A DNA stretch of 64,000 nt from assembly GCA_964019335.1 (NCBI GenBank), contig OZ025696.1, positions 248,001-312,000 of the forward strand. The letters are read 5' to 3'. Below the pieces are notes generated by a model. It saw only the letters and a program-made list of their open reading frames with translations. It had not been told where the DNA came from and did not search any database. Shown one piece after another: positions 34,076-44,479 of this stretch. This DNA comes from Diplonema japonicum. Lineage: Eukaryota > Protista > Euglenozoa: Diplonemea. The position numbers and the translations under genes were made by a program. Within the stretch, counting starts at the first letter, position 1; each line of letters opens with the position of its first letter.

Positions 34076-35818
34076 GAGCTCGTTCGGATTAAAGATGTCA
34101 AGAAACAAAAGAAGAAGAAAAAACACTATTCTTTTTTTTTTTTTTTTCTTTCTTTCTTTTTTTTTTATTTTTGACCACTTGAGTTTTAAAAAAAAAAGAA
34201 AAAGAAAAAAAAAAAATAGAGACACAAAGGAGGCCAGCGTTGGTGGGACGCCCTGTTTTTTCTTCTTAACCCATAACACTCCAAGGCGCAAATATTTGTC
34301 GTTTTGAAAAATCGTTTTTTTCTCTAAGTACTTTTTCGGCCACTCGACCCCTGGATCTCCAAGAACGACTATAATGAGGAGTTATTTTCAACTGCATTTG
34401 GTTATTCCTTCGGTTTTTTTATAAGAAGCTCACAGATGTCATCCAAGAAGAGACAAACAAGCAAAAGGACGCTGAGATTGATAAAATTTCGACCCAGGAC
34501 TCCACCGCTCACTCGGATTGAGCATTGCGATGGGTTTACGGCGTGCCCAGAATCAGCAGTCGTATTGGTCCACAGGACCCGTGAAAATCCCCCTTTTCAG
34601 TAACACGATGCCCAGGAGACGCTACTGGGAAATCAAAAGTAGCCTCCACTTCACTCACACAGAAGAGTCAAACGGTGATGTGTTGTGAAGATACGGGGGT
34701 TTCTGGACAGAATTGGTGACAAGTGGGCAAAAGCAGCAGTGCCAGGAAAATATTTAAGCATTGACGAGACACTCGTACCTTCACGGGGCAATTGGGGGCT
34801 GCGGGTCTACTGTCCTTTCATTAAAACCATTTCAGGTGCCCAGAATCAGCAGTCGTATTGGTCCACAGGACCCATGAAAATCCCCCTTTTCAGTAACACG
34901 AAGCCCAGAAGACGCTACCAGGAAATCAAAAGTAGCCTCCACTTCACTCACACAGCAGGGTCAAACGGTGATGTGTTATGAAGATACGAGGGTTGCTGGG
35001 CAGAATTGGTGACAAGTGGGCAAAAGCAGCAGTGCCAGGAAAATATTTAAGCATTGACGAGACACTCGTACCTTCACGGGGCAATTGGGGGCTGCGGGTC
35101 TACTGTCCTCTCAAGCGTAAAAGATATGGCATAAAAATCTACTGCCTAAACTGAACGAGCACGGGTTTTCTTTTGCGTTGTCACATCCACGCCACCAAAA
35201 TCGAGGGGCACGCACTTGAAAATTTCAGTGTTGTGGAAAAGGCGGTGCTGGGGTTAACGGAGCCTTTCCGGGGAAATGACAACACGGTAGTTTGCGATAG
35301 CTACTTTTCGACTGTGGGTCTGGCCGAAGCCCTGTGAAAAAACTGTGGGGGCTTGCATTTCGTAAAGGATGCACAAAACGCACAATCTACAAATGCTACA
35401 CCTGAAACCAACACCTCTGTCCAAATAAGTGCTTTTTTCGTACCACTCTTCCGTCACCCCAAAAAGGCCTCTTGACGATTTCGAGGCCGATATTCCACCC
35501 GCAAAGAGGCACTTCTCTCGGTCTGAGACATCTGAGGGGTCCTGATGCTGCCTTTTTTGTCCCAAGATGCTCAATTTACACCCCCCCCGTGCACAACCCA
35601 TTTTGACATGGTCGTTTTTGAGCACCCTACGGCCATTCAACTCTTCATCCCCTTTGTATTTTTATAAGTTTTTGAACTTTTTTTTTAATTTTCCTGGTCC
35701 AAAAAACCCGTTGTGTTATGGGTTAAATTGAAAATAAAACAAACAAAAGCGGTTCCAGAAATCTGTTGGGGGGGGGGGGGGGGGGGGTCATTGGTTGTCA
35801 TCTTTTCCGGACGAGCTC
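34076..35818. mobile_element. GAG-terminal TIR element (same family as 8372-9127), apparently hosting a piggyBac
   Basis: ATAT-GAGCTCGTTCGGA ... TCCGGACGAGCTC-ATAT. Confidence 0.55.
34270..35722 (+). mobile_element. piggyBac transposon remnant with transposase pseudogene
   Basis: TTAA-CCCATAACAC ... GTGTTATGGG-TTAA. Transposase fragments LSIDETLVP..G and KRYGIKIYCL. Internal ~274-bp tandem duplication; in-frame stops. Confidence 0.9.
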
Positions 35819-35952
35819 ATATATTCTTTTTTTTTGAGTTTTTTTTCGCTTTCAAGAGAAATATCCAGTTTCGAGAAATGCTTTGAAACATTTTCGAAAA
35901 CCTGGGGGGGGGGGGGGGGGGGGGTGTGGTTTTGAAGTTAGAAAAAAAAAAA

Positions 35953-36876
35953 TCAATAAAAGGAGCTGCAACCCCCCGCCTGTATCTCATACGCGTACGA
36001 GGTCCCATTGACAAGAGCACTGCAAACAATAACATCCCTGGACTTGTTATAACAAATGTCGGTGAGGTCCAACCCGGTCTGCTGGAACAAGGGAAGCCGG
36101 TTCATTGTCCTCAGGTTGAAGTCCAACCTGATCACATGATCTTCCCGACAACAGATGAAAGCTGCGTTGTTGTGAATAACAAACTGCCCGCCTGTCGTAG
36201 CACCAGGGATACAATGCCGCGCGCAGTTTCGCCCTTCCACGTCGGTCATGTAAAAGGACAGCTGGTGCGTTTCTTCGTTGATGGTGGTAAAGGCAACTAT
36301 GTGGCCGGATACTTGCAGGGAGACACCGCGTTCTTTATTCTGAAGACGAAGCTTGTTCGTGACCAATTTGGTATCCCAGTCCACGGTAAGGAGATCTGTA
36401 TCCGAGAGGATGTAAGACCTTTCATCCTCCCACGAAATATCGATTAAGTTATGGTTTTTGTCCTCATTGCCCAACAATGTGATTTGTAATGGACGGTTGT
36501 CGAAGATTTTCCACAGTCCATTCACTCCGCAAAGAGCATAGACTGAATCCTGGTGTATCCTCACACGATATATGGGGTGGGGTAGGGTAATGGTCTGTTT
36601 ATTTACGACAACGGTATTGGCTCTTCCCGAGCAGGAGGCTTTCAAATCTCCCTGCGAGTCGATTAGTCGCAGCTCGTTTTGCAACGGGCCCACCACCAGC
36701 TCCTTTGGGAAAAACGCGTTCCCTTTCAGAGTGGGCACCTGGTCACTCGAGGTGTGAACATTTTGCATTCCCAGCATTGCAATCTTGTTGAAACGCGTAA
36801 TACCTTCAGACTTCTCCGCAAGGCATAATGCGTTGATCGGATGCCTATTTTCTACTTGAATCGGTTTCGACATCAT
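35953..36876 (-). CDS. Hypothetical beta-rich protein, paralog of 32418..33698
   Basis: Shared motifs G.AFF..E..GPL..EL, ASCSG, GQFV.H..AAF.CC, LTDICY..SRDVI.CSA. Confidence 0.8.
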   Translation of the reverse strand: MMSKPIQVENRHPINALCLAEKSEGITRFNKIAMLGMQNVHTSSDQVPTLKGNAFFPKELVVGPLQNELRLIDSQGDLKASCSGRANTVVVNKQTITLPHPIYRVRIHQDSVYALCGVNGLWKIFDNRPLQITLLGNEDKNHNLIDISWEDERSYILSDTDLLTVDWDTKLVTNKLRLQNKERGVSLQVSGHIVAFTTINEETHQLSFYMTDVEGRNCARHCIPGATTGGQFVIHNNAAFICCREDHVIRLDFNLRTMNRLPLFQQTGLDLTDICYNKSRDVIVCSALVNGTSYAYEIQAGGCSSFY

Positions 36877-37215
36877 GCTATACACACCCTGAGAGGTTTT
36901 TTTGTTTTTTTTTTTTTGTTTTTTTTTTATAAAAAAGAAATAAAGTGGGGGGGAGGGGGAGGGTGGGTTGGGGGTAAAAAAAATTTTTTTTCCCCCCCCT
37001 TTTTTTTTTTTTTCCTTCCCCTCTCCACACGGTAGCGATAAGCAAAAAAAAAAAAAAGGGAAAAAAAAAAAAAAAAAAAAAAGTCTTTCGATTTTTTTTT
37101 TCTTCTTATTTTCATTCACGACAATGCAGAAAGGAACAAAAAAAAAAAAAAAAAAAAAAGGGGAAAAAAAAAGGGCGGAAATCCCACTTGAGAAACCGCC
37201 CTTAAAAAAAAAGAT

Positions 37216-37325
37216 TTGATAAATTTCGGTGCGCGGGTGGGCACTCACCGAAAAAAAAAAATATATATATGAGTTAAAGGAAGTCTTTGTGAGACGCCCC
37301 CTTGTTCTCATCTTCTACCTGCACC
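37216..37325 (-). repeat. Adjacent solo 3' ends of LINE family 1 (37216-37250) and family 2 (37268-37325)
   Basis: Direct matches to 13236-13270 and 57836-57894. Confidence 0.85.
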
Positions 37326-37869
37326 AAAAAAAAAAAAAAACAGGGGGGAGAAGAAAGGTGAAGAATTTCTTCTTTTCTTCTTCTCAACATAAAGAGGGAC
37401 ACACAAAAAAAGCTGGGGGAAAGTGGGGGAGAGAGTACACCATAGATAACGCTAGAGAAAACAACCAACTTCTATAGGTTTACAAAAAATAAGGAGGGGA
37501 GAGGAGGGAGGGCCGGGTGCAAAGGCACCCCGGACCGTAATCAATGTTTTCTATAAGAAGAAAGAAAAAATGAACTTCCTTACTTCTCAACTGACTTTCT
37601 TTTCGAAAGCAACAAAAAAAAGAAGAAGAAAAAAAAGAAGAAGAGAGCGACAAGCAACTCTCCTCTTTAAATACAAGAAATATTTGTTTTTTTTTTTGTT
37701 TTTTTTTTCCCGCCCACATATCTAAGCCAAGAATACATTTTGGTCGAGGAATAAAAAAAAAAAAAAAAAAAAAAATAGCAAATTATACCTTGACACATTT
37801 AACTTGACCATTTTAGATAGGGGCGTTTCAACTCTTGGGAAGGAGAGAGCGTAAATTCTTTTTTTCCCC

Positions 37870-37902
<33 letters not shown>

Positions 37903-37932
37903 TCGAGAAACATAAGAGAAAATACAAACAAA

Positions 37933-38036
37933 AATATGAGTTAAAGGAAGTCTTTGTGAGACGCCCCCTTGTTCTCATCTTCTACCTGCACCTATCCCCT
38001 TTCAGCAGCGGTTTCTCCTCCTTTGGTCTTGCCGGC
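37933..38036 (-). repeat. LINE family 2 3' end
   Basis: Near-identical to 57836-57941. Confidence 0.85.
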
Positions 38037-38107
38037 TCAAACAAAACAGCACATATAGGGTATATAAAAAAAAAACTCGTTTTTTCTATTTGGTTTCTCC
38101 CGGGTTT

Positions 38108-38536
38108 TTACCGAATAGTTTGCGGGGCAGGCTGGACATTCTGAGTCACAACCACCTGTATCTCAGGAGTAGGTGGGGGGGAGCAGCAGCAGTGACCAGG
38201 AGGCAAACCACGGATGGAGAGCTCCCGGTGGTTCTGAAGAAGCACACATGGCATGCAGCACCAAGTAGTAAGCGCGTCCTTTACGGGGCTCCCCTCGATA
38301 CTGTACCTCTCCCTGATTTTCATCCTCTCATAGACTACACAGGGACAACCCCCCATGCAGCAGATAGACCCGATGCATATAGGGCAGTTGATCCCGGTGC
38401 TGGCTTCCCCCTTGGTTGCAGGGTCCCACGCACGGCCAACATGGCATGTCGAGAAACAAAGAATGTCACAACAAAACAACTCAGGTGGGCAGATTGCGAA
38501 AAGGCCTCTGGAGAACGTGGGTGTCGCAAGGACCGG

Positions 38537-38539
<3 letters not shown>
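38108..38539 (-). CDS. PLAC8-family Cys-rich protein
   Basis: FSRGLF..C; R.KIRERYSIEGS...D....CC.PC...Q..REL. Confidence 0.88.
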
Positions 38540-38575
<36 letters not shown>

Positions 38576-38660
38576 GAATCTGTAAAAATGTGAAACTTGA
38601 AAAAAAAAAAAAAGAACAAAAAAAAAAAAAACTCTAACTTCTAGAGGGGAAAAGGGAATT

Positions 38661-39752
38661 CTAAAATATCACCTCTACTTCATCCGCCTTCGTTTTTTTT
38701 TCTTTCCGCTCCTTTGCGATCTCAAATCGAACGTGTTTGGCGAGCCTCCCGGACCGCAGTGGGGTCTCCCTGCGTGTGAACCCCACCTCCGCCTTGCTGA
38801 GCGTGTCCTTGATAGCCAAGATCTCGTTGGGAAGCTCCTTATGCTTCGCGTGATTGTCCAACACCCGCCGCTTTGCCTTGACACGTTTCTGAAGAAGTGC
38901 AATGCGATCGGACGAACGAGCGTTTTCCGTGTCAATGTGCTTCCGCGTAGCACAAAGCTCCCTGGAGGCCGCCACCACTGGTGCCCTGCTTACAAGACCG
39001 CCTGAACAACGCAAGAGAAGCTCTTTCAGATCTGAGTCACGGTGTTCCCTCTCCTCGTGTAGCGTTTGCTTAAGGTTACTCACTATATGCTCCATAGACT
39101 TAATTTCATGTTCAGTAGAGCTCGTGCGTTTTAAAGAGGTAGAAGTGGTATCGATGCATTCACGCGTTACCACGCTGATGCGCGACTGCAGGATTGCTAA
39201 TTGTTGAGAAAGCTCGTTGTTAAATGCTTCCATGTTGGCACACTGCTCTGTGGTGGCAACGGCCACGTCATGGCAGGAATTTTCAGAGCTTGTTTGTAAA
39301 ACGGATAGCGTTGACGTTAATTCTTGCAGGAATAGCTTCATCGATGCGATTTTCTCTCCGGTGAGGTGGTCCAAGGTGACGTAACCTGTCTCGTTACGGT
39401 TGCTTTCTTGCTTTTCTGTGAAGAAGCACTGCTTCACATTGTAGCAGATGTCGCTTTCTACGTGTTGTGTTGCGGCTACAAGGTTTCTGATTACACGCCT
39501 GTTGTGGTCTTCTTCGGCGAACAGCATTCTGTTTTCGTGCCGAAGTTTCACAACGTCGCTCTTCATGACGATGTTTTCCTCTTTTGCGCGGTAGCATCTG
39601 AGCAACGAGGTCGTCTGCTCCTCGCGGACCTTGTTGAGCTTGCGCACTGCTTCCTTGTACCGGTCAATGGATGCAGTGCCCTGTCTTTCTGCGTAGTCTA
39701 TGTCCTCTTTCAGGTGCTGTAGATTGGTCGCGATTTCCTCGGAGCTCGGCAT
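38661..39752 (-). CDS. CCDC77: Coiled-coil protein, CCDC77-like
   Basis: VVKLRHENRML...E..NRRVIRNLVAATQHVESDICY resembles the CCDC77 conserved block. Recognised from memory only. Confidence 0.6.
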   Translation of the reverse strand: MPSSEEIATNLQHLKEDIDYAERQGTASIDRYKEAVRKLNKVREEQTTSLLRCYRAKEENIVMKSDVVKLRHENRMLFAEEDHNRRVIRNLVAATQHVESDICYNVKQCFFTEKQESNRNETGYVTLDHLTGEKIASMKLFLQELTSTLSVLQTSSENSCHDVAVATTEQCANMEAFNNELSQQLAILQSRISVVTRECIDTTSTSLKRTSSTEHEIKSMEHIVSNLKQTLHEEREHRDSDLKELLLRCSGGLVSRAPVVAASRELCATRKHIDTENARSSDRIALLQKRVKAKRRVLDNHAKHKELPNEILAIKDTLSKAEVGFTRRETPLRSGRLAKHVRFEIAKERKEKKTKADEVEVIF

Positions 39753-40048
39753 TTTTTTTTTTTTTTTTTTTTGCCTTTTTTTTTTTTTTTTTTTTTTTTC
39801 CGGACAAAAAAAAAAAAAAAAAGAAGAAAGAAAAAAAAAAAGAGTGAGTATATATATACACCAGTATTTTTATCACAAGAATTAAGAGAGGGAGGATCTT
39901 TTTTTTTTTTTGTGTGTGTTTTGCTTTTGTTTTTTTAACAATATTATTGTTGAGACTAAAAAAAAAAAAAACTAATTGATGGCAGTGTCATGTGTTTATT
40001 TTATTAGGTAAACACGTAACGCGTCGTGCGCGCTATTTGCAAAATATT

Positions 40049-40083
<35 letters not shown>

Positions 40084-40174
40084 GAATGAATCATTTAAAA
40101 AGAATAGTGGAGAAAAAAAAAAAAGAAATCTCAATGAAAAAAAGATTCTTTCCCATCTGGCGATATTTAATTAG

Positions 40175-40293
40175 TCACCCTGAGCATCTGCGTTATGTTG
40201 TTCTACTCGGGCGCTACCGATGATGACCGACGAGGAGGTCAACAGCGAACAACACATCTGATGTACTTCTTTATATTTCCATGTTATCCCCAC
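40175..40293. repeat. Dispersed repeat D
   Basis: Near-identical to 51687-51804. Confidence 0.85.
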
Positions 40294-40518
40294 TTGGGCC
40301 CCAAAAAAGAAAAAAAAAAGGCATGCAGTATTTATCTTGAGATTTATACCGTGTGCAAACATTTTTTTTTTTTCCATCTTTCTTTTTAAATTCATGTTAC
40401 TTTCTTTTTTTCTTTTCTCTTCCCCCCCTTTTTTTTTTCTTTCAAAGGCGTGCAATTGTATCAAAACACAATTTTGCACACAGTTCACTGCAAAGGAAAA
40501 AAAAAAAAAAAGAAAACT

Positions 40519-40560
40519 CGATAAAATTTCAGCGTGCATGGGGGAGCTCACTGTTCAGGA
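40519..40560 (-). repeat. Diverged solo 3' end of LINE family 1
   Basis: GATAAAATTTCAGCGTGC...GCTCACTGTTCAGG. Confidence 0.65.
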
Positions 40561-40590
40561 AAAAAGAAAAAAGGTGAAGGTGAGCACTAT

Positions 40591-41088
40591 TTATTTGGGG
40601 AACATCCGCTGTTCCCTGAAAAGGGCAAACTTCTGCCCTTCCACCTTTATCTCAGGCCGGTTGTCCATTAGCCAGTCCCAATCGTTGGGGTCGGCAGCAC
40701 GGAGGTTCTGGCACGCTGCACAAGAGGAGCAGAAGAAGGAACACAGGCAGTCTCCCAAGAGCCCGTTCTTAGGCCCAGCTGCAGGGATCATCCTCTTTGC
40801 CCTGATGTTGTAACGGGTTGCTGTCCAGACGAGCGGACTGCAGAAGAACGCCATTATCCCCACAATCCCATTTGGGCAGAGGCCGCATTTAGCCTCGTCC
40901 ATAGATGAAGAATGCAGTTTTACAAGGCTGCAGAGCCCTGTGAAGTACCAGCAAGCGCAGCATTTCGCAGCCTGCTTCGGGTTCTCGCACACGCCTGGCC
41001 CGCAGCATGGGTCGCACTTCCAGCAAGCGTAGCACTCGTTTGCCCCAGTCTTTCCAATCCAAGTTACCTGCGTCGTGATTACCGCCAT
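40591..41088 (-). CDS. PLAC8-family Cys-rich protein
   Basis: TRYNIR...G.LGDCLCSFFCSSCAACQNLR. Confidence 0.85.
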   Translation of the reverse strand: MAVITTQVTWIGKTGANECYACWKCDPCCGPGVCENPKQAAKCCACWYFTGLCSLVKLHSSSMDEAKCGLCPNGIVGIMAFFCSPLVWTATRYNIRAKRMIPAAGPKNGLLGDCLCSFFCSSCAACQNLRAADPNDWDWLMDNRPEIKVEGQKFALFREQRMFPK

Positions 41089-41229
41089 TGCCGCGCCTGC
41101 GGACCTGCTATGGACCTGCTATGGACCTGCCCTCCCCCCTTCCCACCTTTTTTTCTTTTTCTTTTTTTTTAAGATTACAAACATGGAAATGCTGCTAAAA
41201 AAAAAAAGAAAAAAAGGCGCACGCTCGCC

Positions 41230-41473
41230 TCTCAATGCATTACTGTGTCCCAACACTGTTCGGCTCTCAAGAAGCATCTCAACGACTGCCTTGTGACGAT
41301 TCTTAGCAGCAACCTGCAGAGGTGTCCATGCGGGGGTGTAAGGTGTCAAGGTCATACCCCGTGTGTGGGTACAGCTGGACAAAGGAGGCGCGGACCATCT
41401 CCGGGCAGCCTTGTGCAGGGTTGTCGACGGCCTTGAGCGTGAAGGAGAGGACACCGTGAACGGCCAACGCCAT
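41230..41473 (-). pseudogene. Frameshifted ankyrin-repeat remnant
   Basis: WTPLQVAAKNRHKAVVEMLLE in one frame, GCPEMVR..YDLD in another. Confidence 0.5.
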
Positions 41474-41491
41474 ATTTCTTTTCTTCTTTCC

Positions 41492-42385
41492 TCAAGTGCT
41501 CTCCTCATCTTCTTCCGTTTCATCAATCAGCACCCTTTGGAAAGGTGCAGCGGTGAGCTCTGTGTCGCACTCGAAGCCTAGGAAGGAATCCCCGACTGAT
41601 CTGAGGCCCACCATAGGGGTTATGTCCAAAGCCTTCAGCTCGACGCAAGAATCGAGAAAAGAACTTTTTATGGTCTCAACACGTCCTAGGGGGGTTACGT
41701 CCAGCGTCTCGAGAGACAGACAATAGGCCATAAAGCCATGCCCGATACACGTCACGTTATGAAAGGACGTGAGGTCCAGTCGAGCGAGAGACGTGCAGGT
41801 GCTCAAGAAGAAGTCCCCAATTGACTCAACACATGAAAAATTGCACTCCAAGGCAGTTAGAGATGTACAGGAGTGAAGGAAAGCCTCTTCAACGTGTCGA
41901 AGGTTCGCAAGAGAAGTCACATCGAGCGTGATAAGGTGGACACAGGAAAAAAGGAACTGCCTCCCCAGCACAGTAACCGTCTGCTCTGGATCCACTATCT
42001 TAAGGTGCCGCACGCCATCAGGAAGACTGTTCAGACACAGTGTGTCATGAACCCCAGAGACATCCAGGATAAGCACCATGTCGGGGTCCTCCTTTGCGTG
42101 CCAGTACACATCATCGCTTTTCAGACCAAGCTGAGATATTCTTACACGAAACGCACCAGAGTACTTCGCCTCTAGGACACATCCCTCACTGATCCCCGTG
42201 TTTTGTACAAGCATGGCACCGTCCTCGTGTTCTAGGAGGACTCCTTCCCATCTCAAATCAAACCTTCTCAGCAGCCCAGTGGCTCGTTTCGCCTCCTCAT
42301 ACAGCATATGCACTGTCATCTTTGATTCTACCTCCACAGCATGCGTCTCTCCAGCCGGTGTTGCGATATGCACAGTGGCGCTCAT
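41492..42385 (-). CDS. Ubiquitin-like domain + BspA-type leucine-rich repeat protein
   Basis: N-terminal Ubl-like pattern; repeats IG..FL..C.SL..LD. Confidence 0.85.
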   Translation of the reverse strand: MSATVHIATPAGETHAVEVESKMTVHMLYEEAKRATGLLRRFDLRWEGVLLEHEDGAMLVQNTGISEGCVLEAKYSGAFRVRISQLGLKSDDVYWHAKEDPDMVLILDVSGVHDTLCLNSLPDGVRHLKIVDPEQTVTVLGRQFLFSCVHLITLDVTSLANLRHVEEAFLHSCTSLTALECNFSCVESIGDFFLSTCTSLARLDLTSFHNVTCIGHGFMAYCLSLETLDVTPLGRVETIKSSFLDSCVELKALDITPMVGLRSVGDSFLGFECDTELTAAPFQRVLIDETEEDEEST

Positions 42386-42964
42386 GGCTTGCTTTTTATT
42401 TGCTCTAAGAAAATAAAAACGGGGGGGGGGGGGGGGGGGGGTTGTCGGGACTGCTTTCGTTTGCATGCTGGAGAAACTTCAACCGTCTTCGGTCATGTCC
42501 AATCCCTACTTTTCTCCTTGAACCTTTTTTTCTGATATCTCCGAGTGTCAGTACACAATGAAACGGGGTCCAAGGCGGAAAAAAGAAAAAAAAGAAAAAG
42601 AAAAAAAAAAACAGCAAACAAGACAAAAAAAAAACACTCAATGGGTGAGAAGAAAAAAAACAATCTGGGGGACAGGGACACAGGGATGAGGAGGGAAACG
42701 AGCAAAAGAGAGGCAGTGGGGGGGGGGGGGGGGGTGAGGATAAAAGAAAAAGAAAAAGAAAGAAGGGGGTAGTGCGCGGCAAAAAAAAAAAAAACAAACA
42801 ACAACAACACCGTGGGGTCCCCCTCCCTCTCCATTTTCTTTCCCCCCTCCTCTTCTCTTTTTTCATACAATAATTTAAAAAAGAAAGAGAAAAAAAAAAA
42901 AAAAAAAAAACCAGTTTCGGTCTTTTTTTTTATTATTATCCGTTTCCCTCCTTCTTTTTTTTTT

Positions 42965-43793
42965 TTAACTTTGGTTCTCCTTAATAAATGTGTTAAACTG
43001 GGCCTTGAACCTGCTTCCGGAGAATTTCTTATCGCCAGACTTGTCCGACTTTGAGAACATCTGTGTGGTTTTTTTTTTTCTTCTTTTTTTTTTTTTTTTT
43101 GCCCTCTCGTCATACCATAATAGCGGGGTAACCCCTGATGGTGAACTTTTCCCAGCAGACAAACTTCATGGGTTCATCAAGTTCGCAGTTCAACTTAGCG
43201 ATGACAAGGTCCTCGTCCGTGTTTTCCTCAGCGAGCTCGTTCCAGACTGCAACCGTCTCGGTGCAGGCACGACACCAAGGCGCCCAGAACTTGACCAGAA
43301 CATTCTTGTCAGGGTTGTTGATAATCTGGGTGTAGTTGTCGTGCGTCAGCTCGAGAAGCCTACCGGCGGTGCTTGACTCGGACCTAACCTTTTCCTTCTT
43401 AACAGCCACGCCAGTCTCCTCACGAAGGAAGGCTTTGATAGACTTCATATCCCTGTCTTTCGTGTATTCCAACCACTTCCCGTCAGGCTTGATCAACACA
43501 ATGCCAGGTAGACCTTCGACTTCGTACTTCTCCATGACCGATTTGTCTTCCTGGTCTGTGTCATACATGGCAACCGCAAGCTTGTCTTCAACTTTGCTCG
43601 ATTTTATTTGCTGCGTCAGCTTTTCAAACATTTCGGTCACTGGTTTGCACCTCTTGCACCAACTGGCGCTGAAGGCGACCAGCCAGTACCTCCCGTCTTG
43701 CACTTCGTCCTCGAAATTCGCTGATGTGAGCTCATTAGCTTGGCATGCCACCCAGAGACACACCGATATGGTTACTAAGAGGGCTTTAGACAT
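42965..43793 (-). CDS. Two-domain PDI/thioredoxin-like protein; exons 43793-43116, 43060-42965
   Basis: Signal peptide; WCKRC and WCRAC motifs; GLP/GYP cis-Pro loops. Splicing completes the second domain. Confidence 0.88.
43061..43115 (-). other. GT-AG intron, 55 nt, poly-A filled
   Basis: ATG|GTATGA...AAACCACACAG|ATG. Confidence 0.85.
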
Positions 43794-43806
43794 TTTTCTA
43801 AATATT

Positions 43807-43840
<34 letters not shown>

Positions 43841-44324
43841 CCTTTTTTTTTTTTTTTTAGAGACGGGCGTGTACTATGGTGCGACTTCCGTAGTGTAAGT
43901 GGACTTCAAAGGTATCTTTCTACGTTTCCACGTCTACCTAGCGCCGGACTGGTACTTGTAGGACAATAAAAAGTGGGACAAAGCATAATAGGGAGAGGGA
44001 CTAAAGGCAAGATTTTGAAGAAAAAAACTCTCGGAAGCCAATAAATAGAGGGGGGGGGGGGGGGATGATATCTGAACAAAGAACAGGAGGGGGAAAAAAA
44101 AAAGCTTTAAAAAAAAAAACCAAAACTAATGGAAAAAAAAAACCCCCTCCCCTGTTTTTTTGCAAAAAAAAAAGTAAACAACAACAGAAAAGAAAAAAAA
44201 AAGAAGAAAAAAAAAAAAAAAAACTAAAGGGCATGTTCTACCACCGGGGTCCATTATTTCTGATAAAAAAAAAATATGATAGGGTTTACAAAAAAAAATG
44301 GAAAATAGAAAATTCTTCTTTTCT

Positions 44325-44431
44325 TCACCAGAAACACATTTTCATTTTGAATATCGTGTCCTTGAACGTAGTTTCCTTTCCGTTCACCTTGCAAATCGCA
44401 TCAACCGAGTCCTGTAAAAAATATACTTTAA

Positions 44432-44479
<48 letters not shown>

